A stretch of 63,100 nucleotides of DNA, filler included, from Octopus bimaculoides (taxonomy: Eukaryota), in assembly GCF_001194135.2 (NCBI RefSeq). It is 6 parts of 6 records of this genome, joined end to end, with 100 filler letters (N's around TTAATTAATTAA, not from the genome) between each part and the next. Parts side by side here need not be neighbours in the genome. Positions count along the whole stretch, not along the records: positions 1 to 28,845 come from NC_068983.1; 5 more parts are not named here. The stretch is one strand, 5' to 3'. The translations under genes and the position numbers were made by a program. The notes under the pieces were generated by a model. The model had not been told where the DNA came from, ran no database searches, and saw nothing but the letters and a program-made list of their open reading frames with translations. Below, piece after piece: positions 12,194 to 24,980 of this stretch. Position 1 is the stretch's first letter, and each line of letters begins with the position of its first letter.

Positions 12194-13558
12194 NNNNNNN
12201 NNNNNNNNNNNNNNNNNNNNNNNNNNNNNNNNNNNNNNNNNNNNNNNNNNNNNNNNNNNNNNNNNNNNNNNNNNNNNNNNNNNNNNNNNNNNNNNNNNNN
12301 NNNNNNNNNNNNNNNNNNNNNNNNNNNNNNNNNNNNNNNNNNNNNNNNNNNNNNNNNNNNNNNNNNNNNNNNNNNNNNNNNNNNNNNNNNNNNNNNNNNN
12401 NNNNNNNNNNNNNNNNNNNNNNNNNNNNNNNNNNNNNNNNNNNNNNNNNNNNNNNNNNNNNNNNNNNNNNNNNNNNNNNNNNNNNNNNNNNNNNNNNNNN
12501 NNNNNNNNNNNNNNNNNNNNNNNNNNNNNNNNNNNNNNNNNNNNNNNNNNNNNNNNNNNNNNNNNNNNNNNNNNNNNNNNNNNNNNNNNNNNNNNNNNNN
12601 NNNNNNNNNNNNNNNNNNNNNNNNNNNNNNNNNNNNNNNNNNNNNNNNNNNNNNNNNNNNNNNNNNNNNNNNNNNNNNNNNNNNNNNNNNNNNNNNNNNN
12701 NNNNNNNNNNNNNNNNNNNNNNNNNNNNNNNNNNNNNNNNNNNNNNNNNNNNNNNNNNNNNNNNNNNNNNNNNNNNNNNNNNNNNNNNNNNNNNNNNNNN
12801 NNNNNNNNNNNNNNNNNNNNNNNNNNNNNNNNNNNNNNNNNNNNNNNNNNNNNNNNNNNNNNNNNNNNNNNNNNNNNNNNNNNNNNNNNTCAAGGTAGAA
12901 AATGCTAAAATAATTTTATAAAAAACATTTCAGTACCGGTTTCAGTCATTGAGACTTTTTCAACTGTAAGTATGGAAAACAATTCAATTTTGCAAAAATT
13001 AAAAGTAAAGTTTTTTAAAAGAATATTTGCATAGTGTTCAAATACTAGGAGCATTTCCGTTGTTTCTGTCTCTCTTGTTTACTCTTGTGGGTTCGATGTC
13101 GTTTCGTATCTGAGACGTCGTAAGAAAAATCAGTGCCGACTATAATTTCTACCGAATATCTGTAGAGATAACCGTAATAAGTGATGTAAAACGCACTGCT
13201 AACACAGTAGAACATGGTACTGACTAATAAAAAGAACCGTTTAATATATTCTGTAGTATGTTATGGTTGCATAACGAAATACCGCGTCACTACAAGTCAT
13301 TAATATCTGTTAATTACAAACATGCTGACAAGTCTAAATACCGACATAGTCACATATATACACATGTATATAGTTCACACACACAAACATACAAATACAC
13401 ACACACACACATACTCTCACACACATACATATCCACACGCAACATATACACATTTTTACAGACATATAAATATATATCCCATACTCTTTGATATCCCAGA
13501 AACAGCTGTAAGACTTTGAATTTTTTCCAATAATAATAATGTATATGAATTGAGATGT

Positions 13559-13600
<42 letters not shown>

Positions 13601-14554
13601 NNNNNNNNNNNNNNNNNNNNNNNNNNNNNNNNNNNNNNNNNNNNNNNNNNNNNNNNNNNNNNNNNNNNNNNNNNNNNNNNNNNNNNNNNNNNNNNNNNNN
13701 NNNNNNNNNNNNNNNNNNNNNNNNNNNNNNNNNNNNNNNNNNNNNNNNNNNNNNNNNNNNNNNNNNNNNNNNNNNNNNNNNNNNNNNNNNNNNNNNNNNN
13801 NNNNNNNNNNNNNNNNNNNNNNNNNNNNNNNNNNNNNNNNNNNNNNNNNNNNNNNNNNNNNNNNNNNNNNNNNNNNNNNNNNNNNNNNNNNNNNNNNNNN
13901 NNNNNNNNNNNNNNNNNNNNNNNNNNNNNNNNNNNNNNNNNNNNNNNNNNNNNNNNNNNNNNNNNNNNNNNNNNNNNNNNNNNNNNNNNNNNNNNNNNNN
14001 NNNNNNNNNNNNNNNNNNNNNNNNNNNNNNNNNNNNNNNNNNNNNNNNNNNNNNNNNNNNNNNNNNNNNNNNNNNNNNNNNNNNNNNNNNNNNNNNNNNN
14101 NNNNNNNNNNNNNNNNNNNNNNNNNNNNNNNNNNNNNNNNNNNNNNNNNNNNNNNNNNNNNNNNNNNNNNNNNNNNNNNNNNNNNNNNNNNNNNNNNNNN
14201 NNNNNNNNNNNNNNNNNNNNNNNNNNNNNNNNNNNNNNNNNNNNNNNNNNNNNNNNNNNNNNNNNNNNNNNNNNNNNNNNNNNNNNNNNNNNNNNNNNNN
14301 NNNNNNNNNNNNNNNNNNNNNNNNNNNNNNNNNNNNNNNNNNNNNNNNNNNNNNNNNNNNNNNNNNNNNNNNNNNNNNNNNNNNNNNNNNNNNNNNNNNN
14401 NNNNNNNNNNNNNNNNNNNNNNNNNNNNNNNNNNNNNNNNNNNNNNNNNNNNNNNNNNNNNNNNNNNNNNNNNNNNNNNNNNNNNNNNNNNNNNNNNNNN
14501 NNNNNNNNNNNNNNNNNNNNNNNNNNNNNNNNNNNNNNNNNNNNNNNNNNNNNN

Positions 14555-14632
<78 letters not shown>

Positions 14633-15978
14633 GTGTGTATATGTATATAATAGTATAAATATTTATGCATATATATATGTGTGATGTCTGCCTGTTTGTC
14701 TATATATGAACACTCAGTCGTTGGGAATAGAGAAATAATATTTATCAAATAAAAATTTTTCAAGGCCGGTGCGCGTAGCATAACGATTACAGAATACACA
14801 CGAAAAAACATTAATATGTATGTACGTATGTATGTATGTGTGTATGTATGTATGCATGTTTGTATGTATGTATGTATGTATGTGTGTATGCATGTATGTG
14901 TGTGTATGTATGTATGTATGCATGCGTGCATGAATGTACGTACATATGTATGAATGTACTTAAGCTGTATTCACTTGTGGGGCTCTGGTTAAGTAATTCC
15001 AGGATTTGGGTCAGTGTGTAACCACCTCTTAGCACTATTGTTCGCAGGTCTATTCTAACCCGGAATAGTACCACATGTCAGGGTTCCAGCTATGGATTAA
15101 CTAGCATATATGATGACATTCCATCTGAGCGCAGGGCCCCAGAAATACTCCTGGCTATATATATATATANNNNNNNNNNTATGTATGTATGTATGTATGT
15201 ATGTATGTATGTATATGTATATGTATATACATACACACATGCAGAAAAACACAAACATATGCATACATGTATCCATGCTCATATACTTATACATATATGT
15301 TTTATCATCTCAAATTTTTATTACACCAATGTATTATAACTTTTAAATCTAAAATTCACTGTGTTTTATGTATCACATCGATATTTATCTATTTATATGT
15401 ATTTTTATATTTATATATTTAGAACATATATATCCGTTTTATAAATGTAGAAGAATATATGTGTATATTTGATTTTGAGTGTGGTTATCAATTATGTTCC
15501 TCTAGTTTCCGCTTGCATTGCTTCCATTGAGACTATTAAGCGGAATATAGCTCACTTGGAGTACGACAACTACAGTCTGTATTTCATTTGCGTGTATTAA
15601 CACTAGCAATCTCAAAATAAAGCAGTGTATTTTATATACTCATATATATACATATGTGTGTATTTAAAAAAGAGGGAGAAAGAGTGCGCAGTAAAACCAC
15701 CGAGAGTGAGGGATCCCTAGCATCCTTCTAGGAAAGGGACACTCTGATGTAAAACCTGTAATTTCATGTGGTTTCTTGTCATCTCACTTTGGTCCGTCAC
15801 TAAGTACTAATCACGGAGACCCAGAGAGTGGTATTTGTGTTGTACAAGCGTGTATCCAATGACGCATAGATATCTTTTTATGGTGTTCTCATTTTTCATC
15901 TCATCAACTGAAAGTCCTATGGCGATATCATAGTGGTGACGTGTGCAGACCTAAAAGTCCATTGTAATAACTTTTAAC

Positions 15979-16592
15979 TGTTACCTATGCTTTAAACCAG
16001 CCCTTCTTAAACTTCTTCCATTCATGACATCATTTTTCATCATGAAATTTTAGCGAGCCCAGGTATTCAATATGAAATTAAACATACAAATAAATACATA
16101 AATCATTTATTTTTTTTGCTGAACAATATACATATGAAAAAGTAGTTATATTGTTTGTCAAAATAAAAAGTAATTTTAGGATTTGTTTCAAATACAAAAA
16201 TAAACCAAAGTAAGAAAATATATATACACCAAAGTAAAAACCAATATGGTGGATGTGCTTGTGTTTTGCTGCATAACAAATTAAACCTTGGTGTAATATT
16301 GACACGGCTGGACGTAAAGCATCTTCTAGGTTTTTCAGCGTTGAACAATATTTGCTTCTAATAAGGGTTAAAGCTGAGAAAGTCGTTTCACATAGGCATG
16401 TGGCGCATCACATTAAATATTGTGCGTTTGTGAAATAACAGATGAACTGAAATTCTAGTGTTTGAATTTAATTTTCGCGGCCCCAACATTTCGCTTCGTG
16501 ACCCCATTTCGGGTCGCGACCCATAGTTTAAGAAGCGCTGCTTTAAACTATGCAGATCTGCAAACGGACTGAATAGTCATCTGAGAGGTCAT
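15979..16592 (+). pseudogene. Interrupted C2H2 zinc-finger remnant, probably the C-terminus of an RTE-type LINE ORF
   Basis: Removing the MITE (15998-16540) and one TSD copy gives in-frame CYLCFKLCRSANGLNSHLRGH, i.e. C-X2-C-X12-H-X3-H. Confidence 0.65.
15998..16540. mobile_element. hAT-superfamily MITE (543 bp)
   Basis: TIRs CAGCCCTTCTTAAACT (15998-16013) and AGTTTAAGAAGCGCTG (16525-16540) match at 15/16. Perfect 8-bp TSD CTTTAAAC at 15990-15997 and 16541-16548. Confidence 0.9.
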
Positions 16593-18112
16593 GGCTGGAA
16601 AGTCAGAAATTCCATTGACAAGGAAGATGAAGAAGGAGACGGCAATAATCTGTTTATACATAATAAACCATGTATATATGGGTAGAATACATATGTACCG
16701 TGAAACGCTTCGCATAACATAAGAGTAGGCTCTGTAGTCGGTCCGACACTCTACGCTTAATATCTTGTGTAGTACGACGCGTGCATCAAACAATGGGATG
16801 CGTTAGTGTGCGGAATATGAGCCACGTAGAATGTAGAAAATATTGTATTCTATGTTTTTTAAAACATACACACTTTTCGGCAAATTGCAACCAGGATTAC
16901 ACAATTGCTTGTTGAAATAAAATATAACTATAAATCCAACTCTTCAGTGTTTAGCGAATAAATACAAGGGATAGTGTTAAATGTTCGATATATATATTTC
17001 CGTTATGCAAGTTATCAACAACATCGTAAGTGGCACGTGCAGGAGGGAATAAACAAATGAAGGACAGATATTCGAGGTCATGCTTTCTGATAGCTAAGAG
17101 GGTACAAGAGGGTACAGGTACATACTCTTAAACATTTGCACCATTCCTCGAGTATGCAGTAACTATAAAGAACAGGGAGGTAACGAAAAAAGAAAGGATA
17201 AGCGCAAAGCCTGTAAATAGAGATATATAAATACACACATGCACACATATACATACATGTATACCTCCCACATGTATATATGTATGTTTGTATGCGTGTA
17301 TATCAATCAACAGCCAAAATATAAACCAGATCCACGTGGGATCTTTCATCAAGATTGTCCTTTTTTACTATTTCCCCACTACTTTCTTTCATTTCTTTCT
17401 TCACTTTCTCCAGGTTTTTCTTCTTTCCCCAGCTATACGAAGGTAGAAAACGTACGAAACGTTACAGCCATTAACTCTCTCCTACCCAGAGCTTGAGTCC
17501 ACTGACATCGACTGTGAAAACACACCGTTTTTCTGTTGTTACTTGTTTCTTTTATCATTTTTCATTCTTCGTGATATATTCATATTCTTTGACATACACA
17601 CACACATACACACTTATAAATACCCTCGTTATATATACATACGCACCAAACACGACGTACAACCTTACACGCATACATACACACACCTAGGTATATATAA
17701 ATGTAAGGTTATGTAAACATGATGGCCGAAAATGTGTTTGTCACAATTTTCACTTTTGAATAAATGTTTATGAATATTCACCGTTTAAAAGATAGACAGT
17801 CTCACGCTCAAACACATACGCACACACGGACACACGCGCGTGTGCAAACACACACATATACACACGTACCCCGTCTGTTTCTCTCTCATAATATTTATAT
17901 ATCTCAAACACAAAGACTAATATACGAACACACATATATACATTCTCATACACACACACATTCACGTACGCAATTGTACACACCCATGCCCAGCCACACT
18001 CACCCACATCTACATATTGTAATGGCTACTTTAGATGTCATTGTTAAAAGTTAACTGACGAACAGAGTATGTTTACAAAGGTGAACAAAAATTCGTATAT
18101 ATACATATATAC

Positions 18113-18147
<35 letters not shown>

Positions 18148-18760
18148 NNNNNNNNNNNNNNNNNNNNNNNNNNNNNNNNNNNNNNNNNNNNNNNNNNNNN
18201 NNNNNNNNNNNNNNNNNNNNNNNNNNNNNNNNNNNNNNNNNNNNNNNNNNNNNNNNNNNNNNNNNNNNNNNNNNNNNNNNNNNNNNNNNNNNNNNNNNNN
18301 NNNNNNNNNNNNNNNNNNNNNNNNNNNNNNNNNNNNNNNNNNNNNNNNNNNNNNNNNNNNNNNNNNNNNNNNNNNNNNNNNNTATATATATGAAGAATAG
18401 AAGCTGTTTTTCATTTCCAGCATACAAACCTTATAACGTGAGTGTGGTCAAAGCTTTGAAAGGTTATTTTAACTATCTATAATAAATCTACGAATCACTC
18501 TCGTCTTTTCATTTGATGCCGAGTAAATAGTCAGAGCGAAATCTCTTAGAAGTTTATACATCGTTACCGGAACAGCTAATGGCAGATGATATAGTTTCTT
18601 ACATTTTCGTCTTTCTTCTCTCTCTCACACACATACGCACCTAGCTGTCTATCTGTCTACCAACTTATCCATCTACCAACGTACTACTACACTCTTATGT
18701 ACGTACGTACGTACCTACCTACCTGCCTATCTAATAACCTATTTATATTTATATAAATTT

Positions 18761-18807
<47 letters not shown>

Positions 18808-18814
18808 TGTTGAA

Positions 18815-19015
18815 GCTTTAATCCCTACACCTTTTTCCCCTCTGTCCGTTTTTTTTCGGTCTCTCTCCATTTCCCCCCTCTCTATCCTTTATCCTTCCCG
18901 TCGAAGAGTGTAGGCTCGAAACGTCAAGGACTTTTCCATTCTTCCCGAGTGTCAAACTGATACACCTGCTCGTGGTTCCCTTACCTTTCTTCGTCTTTTG
19001 TTTACTGTAAATTCT
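18815..19015 (+). mobile_element. Penelope pseudo-LTR fragment with variant hammerhead (18892-18930)
   Basis: GAAGAGTGTAGGCTCGAAACGTCAAGGACTTTTCCATT is homologous to 22760-22810 and 27261-27320. Confidence 0.7.
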
Positions 19016-19069
19016 AACTACATATATACATGTATACACACACATAGATCTCAAGTTTGGTGTTATATA

Positions 19070-19830
19070 ATACGATATATTAATCGGAGATTTATTAAAT
19101 ATGAGGTAGTAATTATGGGTTCTATAATTGCTTCTTCTAATAGGCACAAACTGAACCGCCAGGACTGTGGGCCCTACGAACTATCTGCTTGGACCCCACC
19201 TTAAACCGCCAGATATTAAAACTATGAGCTTCAGGTATCTTACCCACTTCAATAGCAGCAACCGTGGTGCTATCTCTTCTCTTACTAGTAACCCTGGCAC
19301 ATGTGACTGCGTTGACACCTTCCCCCAGCCCCATACTGGTAACGATAACACCTCCGGTCTTACCTCGAGGATAACGGTTCAAATGAATCAGATCAGAATA
19401 TGGATTCATCCTACGCTAGTGGGAAAACCTGTAATTGTCGGTTCTCCCAACAGTATCTGTTAGATGATTTTTGCTTACGCTATAATGTCGTATATAAATG
19501 CCGGGTAATAACCTCTTGTTCCTACTCGGCTAGGGTCTACATTGGTGGCGTTGTTGATTTCAAATTCCTTCTGAAATGGAGCCGCCAAACTCTCTACTTC
19601 CATGGCAACATACACTACACACACCACCTCAAGTCCCAGAATATTCCTTATACCTTATTCCGGTCCGTATTCTGTGGGGCTTCTCCGTACAACGTTAAGC
19701 ACTGTGTTTCTAAGCCATGTTGCAGAAAAATCGCTCACTATCCTTCACCATCATAATGCCTCGTTACTCAGTAGGTTCTTTGACGTAATCTTCTCGTGTA
19801 AGCATGAATATTATTCCACCTTCGCCCTTT
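19070..19830 (+). mobile_element. Decayed Penelope-like element (Naiad-like) linker plus GIY-YIG endonuclease
   Basis: Frameshifted motifs INRRFIK..MGSIIASSNR, TCNCR...CLRYNVVYKCRV...VYIG...FK, HHLKSQNIPY, ASPYN, AEK..IL..LL.R..SCKH match the PLE GIY-YIG pattern (recognised from memory). Confidence 0.7.
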
Positions 19831-20574
19831 ACATGAAGTCTCTATGATTTCTACAAATTGTAGTTAAGCCTTATTACTTAGTCATGCTAAAACCTTTTAC
19901 TTTCTATATTCTCCTAGTATGATTCTTCCTATCTTAACATATGTTCTTCCCACCCTCATTCCTTTCGTACATTGCTTATCTCTTCCTGTCTCACTGAATG
20001 ATCAGCTACCGTCCCTAACTGAGTTATTGTCTGCTTAGTAAGTTACCCTTGACCAGCAGTGGCGCTCCTTTTCACCTGATCTTAATTTTATCTTCCCCAC
20101 CTATCTCTCTCTCTGCCTCATCTATTGTACATCTATTCATTCTTCATATGTCAAAGAAACCCACCTCTCTCTTGAATTTCTTCTCTCCCCCTCTCTCTCC
20201 CTACCGTTTGTTCTTATTCTTCAACATTTAAATCCCTGGCACTACTATATGAACTGCTTTTGCCAAGTTTCTTTTGATGTGGGAAAACACACTTATTATT
20301 ATATCATCGTGTAATTGTTTACTGGTCACATACCCAAAAATATTTTGCATATTCCATTTGCAAATTATGGATATTACAATCATCGCGTAACTCCAACCTT
20401 CCTGAAGCAGCTGTCAAGTTCAGAAATTATGTATTCTCTTGGTATTCAGCATTTCTATGCTCTAGGTAAATGTATTTGTGTGTGTGTAACCATATATATG
20501 TATGCGTGTGCAAATATATATATATATGTATGTATATGTGAGTGTGTGTGTGAATGTGTGTTTATATCATCGTA

Positions 20575-20710
20575 GCCTAGCGGTCCTGCGAAAGGGACCA
20601 GTAGAAAAAGTACAAGGCTTAAAAAATTAAGTACTGAAAACGAATGAATTGACTAAAAATTCTTCAAGGAGGTGTCCCAGCATGGCCGCAACCTAATGAT
20701 AAAAGATGTA
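20575..20710 (+). mobile_element. Degenerate SINE family C tail
   Basis: CCTAGCGGTCC..AAAGGGACC..TAGAAAAGTACAAGGCTT...TTCTTCAAGGAGGTGTCCCAGCATGGCCGCA. Confidence 0.55.
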
Positions 20711-21437
20711 TTAAATAAACAAGGATTCCTGTTTGAAGGTTGCAAAAATAAATTCGTAACTTCGTTCATTATATGAATGTTTTTGGAGGAGGGCTTATTA
20801 ATGTAGACAGAAAGAAAACATATATAGTACAAGATGGAAGATATATGTTGTAAAATGATGATGAAGATAGAAAAATATATTATAAATGAAGGGTAAAACT
20901 GAATAAAAATTATTAATATTCATATAAACTTAATGAGATAAATATATAATAGATAAATTGATAGATAATACGATAAACATTAAATAAAATATAAGAGATT
21001 GACATGGTGTTGAGAGCGGAGTTCATAAAACAGAGAAATATATAATAAAAATAATGGCTAAAAGGGTAAAAATAATAATAGAAACTAACGTAATTACGAA
21101 TAAATTAAGTAGAAAAATTGACAGAATACTGGAAGGCAAGGTGGAAAGATGGCTGCTGCTGCTACTGCTACTACTATTACTACTAGTACTGCCATCATCA
21201 CCACTATTACAGATGAGAGCAGTGAGTTAGTCAACAGTATTATCCACCAGTTCTCTACTGGTTCTTCATTTTCTCGTCCCTGAAGGGATGAAAGACAAAA
21301 ATTGACCTGGACGACATTTGAAGTCAAAAGTGTAAAGAGGAATATCTTCTGATTCAGGCCAGAAAATTTGACGGGAGAAGGTAAGCCGATTCCATCGATC
21401 TCACGAATTGAATGGTACTTTGTTTTATTGACGTGAA

Positions 21438-21750
21438 CGTCCGTGGCTTAGTGGTCTTCGGCTCGTGATCGTTAGGCTATGAGTTCGATTCCCGATGGAG
21501 CGTTGTGTCCTTGAGCAAGCCATTTTTTTTCACGTTGCTCCAGTCCACTCAGCTGGCAAAACTGAGTTGTACCTGTAATTCAAAGGACCCGCTTTCTCAC
21601 ATTCTGTGCCACGCTGAATCTCCCTGAGAACTACGTTAAGGATGCGCATAACTGTTGAGTTCTCAGTCACTTGCACGTTGATTTCACGAGCAAGCTGTTC
21701 CTTTGATCGGATCAACTGCAAAACTCGTCGTCGTAACAGACGGAGTACCT
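21438..21750 (+). mobile_element. tRNA-head SINE (family D-related), degenerate
   Basis: GTGGCTTAGTGG...GAGTTCGATTCCC head, then CTGAATCTCCCTGAGAACTACGTTAAG...TTGATCGGATCAACTG, shared with 46108-46493. Confidence 0.8.
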
Positions 21751-21774
21751 CTTGTTTTATTAACATAATTGAGA

Positions 21775-21870
21775 TATTGACCTCAGCAGGATTTAAATTC
21801 AAAACGTAAAGAGCGGGACAAATACAACAACACATTTTGTCCGATTTTCTAATGAATCTACCAACTCGCC
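21775..21870 (-). mobile_element. Degenerate SINE A/B head fragment
   Basis: Reverse complement GGCGAGTTGGTAGATTCATTAG...TACGTTTTGAATTTAAATCCTGCTGAGG. Confidence 0.5.
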
Positions 21871-22886
21871 ATCCGTGTTCGGATTGTCCTTGCACAGGGG
21901 CCATCCGGTCTCCCGTTTGCGCTGTGGACAGGATTAATCCTCTCTCTTCGCTCCTTTGCACCACATGGGCTCAACTTTCCTCCCTTCTTCATCTAACCTC
22001 CTCCCCTCGCCTCTCTCCCCTCACATCTACTTCCTCCCACCCACCTCTCCTCTCTTGCTCCGACTCCTACTTCTCTTCACTCCTATTCTCCTTCTCTCTT
22101 CTCTTCCCTCCTACTCACCTTCTCCTTCCCCCTTCATTGTCACCCCTCCCTCGTAACCCGACCCCACCCTACACATTCCACCCCCCATTCCTTATCCTTC
22201 CCATCACCCCCCATCCCATACACACACTCCCACACATCCCACCTCTACCCCACCCTCAGCCTACCCACATACCCAAACTCTACCCCCACCCTCAGTCTAT
22301 CGACATACCCCACCTCTATCCCCAACCTCAGCCTAACCCACATCCCACCCTTGCTTTCCCCACTCTCGCCTCCCCCACATCCCAATACCACCACATCACG
22401 CCACACACCACCACACCATACACCACCATACCACACAACCCCACATCATATCACACCACCACGTCCTGACCACTTCCAACCTCACATCCACACTCCTTAC
22501 ACTGACCACTTCCCAGCCCCACATCCACACACCTACGTATACACACACGCACACGTCAAGGTCACCAGCCCTCTTATACAAGCACATACATGCTCTCTTA
22601 ACCACATGCATGCGCACCTTCGTTTTGGGATCACCATTAATTTATTATCTCCCCTTCTCCCTATCTCTCCTGTGTGACCCTTCTGTCCGGCATTCGCCAT
22701 GATAGATCGCTAGCCACTACACATTCCTTATTTTCTCTCCTTGTTTCTTTCTGTGTTCCTTTCAGTGGAAGAGCGTAGGCTCGAAACGTTAAAGACTTTT
22801 TCACTTCCGGAGCGTTAAACTAATATATCTGTTTGTTGTCTACACCACCTATCTTCGTCTTTTGTTTTTTTTTGTGAATTCTCCCT
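21871..22886 (+). mobile_element. 5'-truncated Penelope-like element: GIY-YIG C-terminus, C-rich tract and hammerhead-bearing pseudo-LTR
   Basis: 21872-21978 encodes VFGLSLHRGHP.SRLR / LILSLRSFAPHGLNF with one frameshift, matching the PLE EN terminal 'I..L....P.GLN' motif. A decayed hammerhead lies at 22759-22794. Confidence 0.7.
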
Positions 22887-23604
22887 ATATATATATATAT
22901 AAGTATAGACATATATATGCATATTTATAATCTCGCAATGTGGGCTAAGTTTTATGATTCTACCTCTATATATTCTGTTAATATGAATTATTGCTAAAAA
23001 ACATCGGCTATAAATCATTAGATATGTTTTGAATATCTCAAGTCTGTACGTCGTCAGCTGTATGCATATTTGTGAGCGAATGTGAGTGTGTGTGAATGAG
23101 CATGTGTCTGTGTTTATGTTTATGCATATGTACGTGTGAGTGTGTGTTTGCGTATATGTTTAGCTTATGTGCACGTCTGTTTAATTGGTCTAATGATAAA
23201 TAATGTGGAAGTCATTGAATAGAACTTTGAAGCGAAGCTGTTTTGTGTAAATAATCCAATATGAGGACATTAAAGTTATTTCAGCCCACCTCCTGCGCAC
23301 ACATACACATTCTCACACACACTTATACTTCTCATCAAATTAAATAGATGGTTGAAAGTGTTATTGTTAAGAGAAAGCCATTGTAACTTTAGTATAATCT
23401 AATAAGACATTAAAGAAATTCCGGAATCCTTCCAGACATAAATGCCGTGTCTCGTCGATATTTCAGGATCTTTTGATATTTTAAGTTACCTGTGGTGGTC
23501 AGTATTTTCTCTGATTTCTTGTCAGCAGTATGCACAAATATCTTATGTGTTGCAATTAATAAACGTATCTGTTCATTGAATGTCCAGAAGGTATATTTTT
23601 TTCT

Positions 23605-24185
23605 ATATCTCATTCTGTATATGCATCTGGACACATCATTAGCAATGCTTCTTGGATTTTTTAAGTATTTCGGGTCATCAGGCACTCTCAGCCATGTGAC
23701 CCAGTCGAGTTCGATCAAAGCCCCAGCTTATTTCCAGTTAGAACTACCCTTTCCAGGGCTCACTTCTCCTGATCCACAGCCACCTTAAGGCAATTTCTGC
23801 TGCCTTCGCAGCCAAATTGAGAGCTTTCCAGCTACTCGTCTCTGTGATACCAAGCATGTTGTAAACTCTGCAAAGAGACTGGCGTACAAACCTTCTGCAT
23901 ACCAGCTCGATAGTATCACACCTTGATTCTCACTCATTGCTTCATTTAAAGTTCCTTTAGCTTACTTAACTGAAAAATGACTGTTGAAAATAACCAGCAG
24001 TCAGTTAATGAAGCTATTTATTCTTCCTGCTGTCACATCCTCGAAAACTCCGTCTCATCAAGTGTCTTTGATTCATTGCCACTTAAAGCAATTAGTGAAT
24101 CTCATTGTTTTTCAGTGCCTATGAAGTCCCAAGTGTACCCGGTAACTTGGTACAAGATACCATACTCGTTTATAAGTGATGGCTA
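23605..24185 (-). mobile_element. HERO/NeSL-like RLE non-LTR retrotransposon, 3' fragment
   Basis: Minus strand reads RCDTIELVCRRFVRQSLCRVYNMLGITETSSWKALNLAAKAAEIALRWLWIRRSEPW, resembling the HERO C-terminal EVGCRGF..SL.RAY..LGI...AE.ASRWLWIKR..W motif. It is followed by a 3'UTR-like CTGATGACCCGAAA...ATGATGTGTCC. Confidence 0.75.
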
Positions 24186-24901
24186 AATATTCTTTGCAGT
24201 ACTCTGCCGTAAGTGTTCAAAAACATAAATATCATAACTAAGTACAAATATTTTATTTCTCGCAAAAATCATGATACCTATAAATACAACGTCCCTGAAA
24301 CATAGATGAATCATTGTGAGTGCACGAAGGGGATATCACCGCCCAGGTTAATCACCACTGCGTTACAGCATTGGAGAGCTTTATCACTCTTTCTCCTTTA
24401 TCTCCCCAACTTATCTAGATTGCATTATTACAGATATCATTTCCCATAAATTTTATCATATTTAAAACTACTTACTCTTCACGTTTCTTTCATGTTTTCA
24501 GTTTCATTCTATATTTCCCCCCTGGCATTAGCCTCCTGCTGTGCTAACGAATTGAGCATATGCCGCTGATTTACTTTGAAGTGGAACGGTAACAGACACA
24601 TGAGACAAGTAATTGTTCAAGTTAGTCATTTTATGACATTTATTATCATAGAATATTTGTTTATTTTCCTAAAGAAAAATACGAGACAAATCTGTGGAAA
24701 AGGAGGTTTTTTTTATTTTTTAAAATTCTTATTTCTATTAACTTATCTTTTGTATTTTTTCTCATTTATATCTCTTTGTATTTCCGTGTTATTCTTTGTC
24801 AATGGAATGCTAAAAACATTAGGATGTGAGTATAAAACAAAGAAAAACTAAAAATGATAAAATACTGCTTTGGACCGTATTAACCGGAAGTCGTGCATGT
24901 A

Positions 24902-24980
24902 CGAGGGGTGTATGAAAAGTTTTGAGCCTTCAAGGCCTTTAACCCTTGAAGTCTTGTACCATGTTTTCATACACACCTCG
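24902..24980. mobile_element. 79-bp Tc1/mariner-type MITE
   Basis: TIRs CGAGGGGTGTATGAAAA and TTTTCATACACACCTCG match at 16/17. TA TSD at 24900-24901 and 24981-24982. Confidence 0.8.

Noticed and set aside
16548-16793. Minus-strand ORF ending IIAVSFFIFLVNGISDFPAMTSQMTIQSVCRSA as a terminal exon
   Set aside because: It is the antisense of the zinc-finger remnant, which the reconstructed MITE junction explains better.
17430-17470. Hammerhead-like GAAACGTT motif
   Set aside because: The CUGANGA core is destroyed (CTATACGA); at most a dead PLE remnant.
23410-23718. 102-aa minus-strand ORF
   Set aside because: It reads through the 3'UTR of the HERO-like element into flanking DNA; no recognisable domain.
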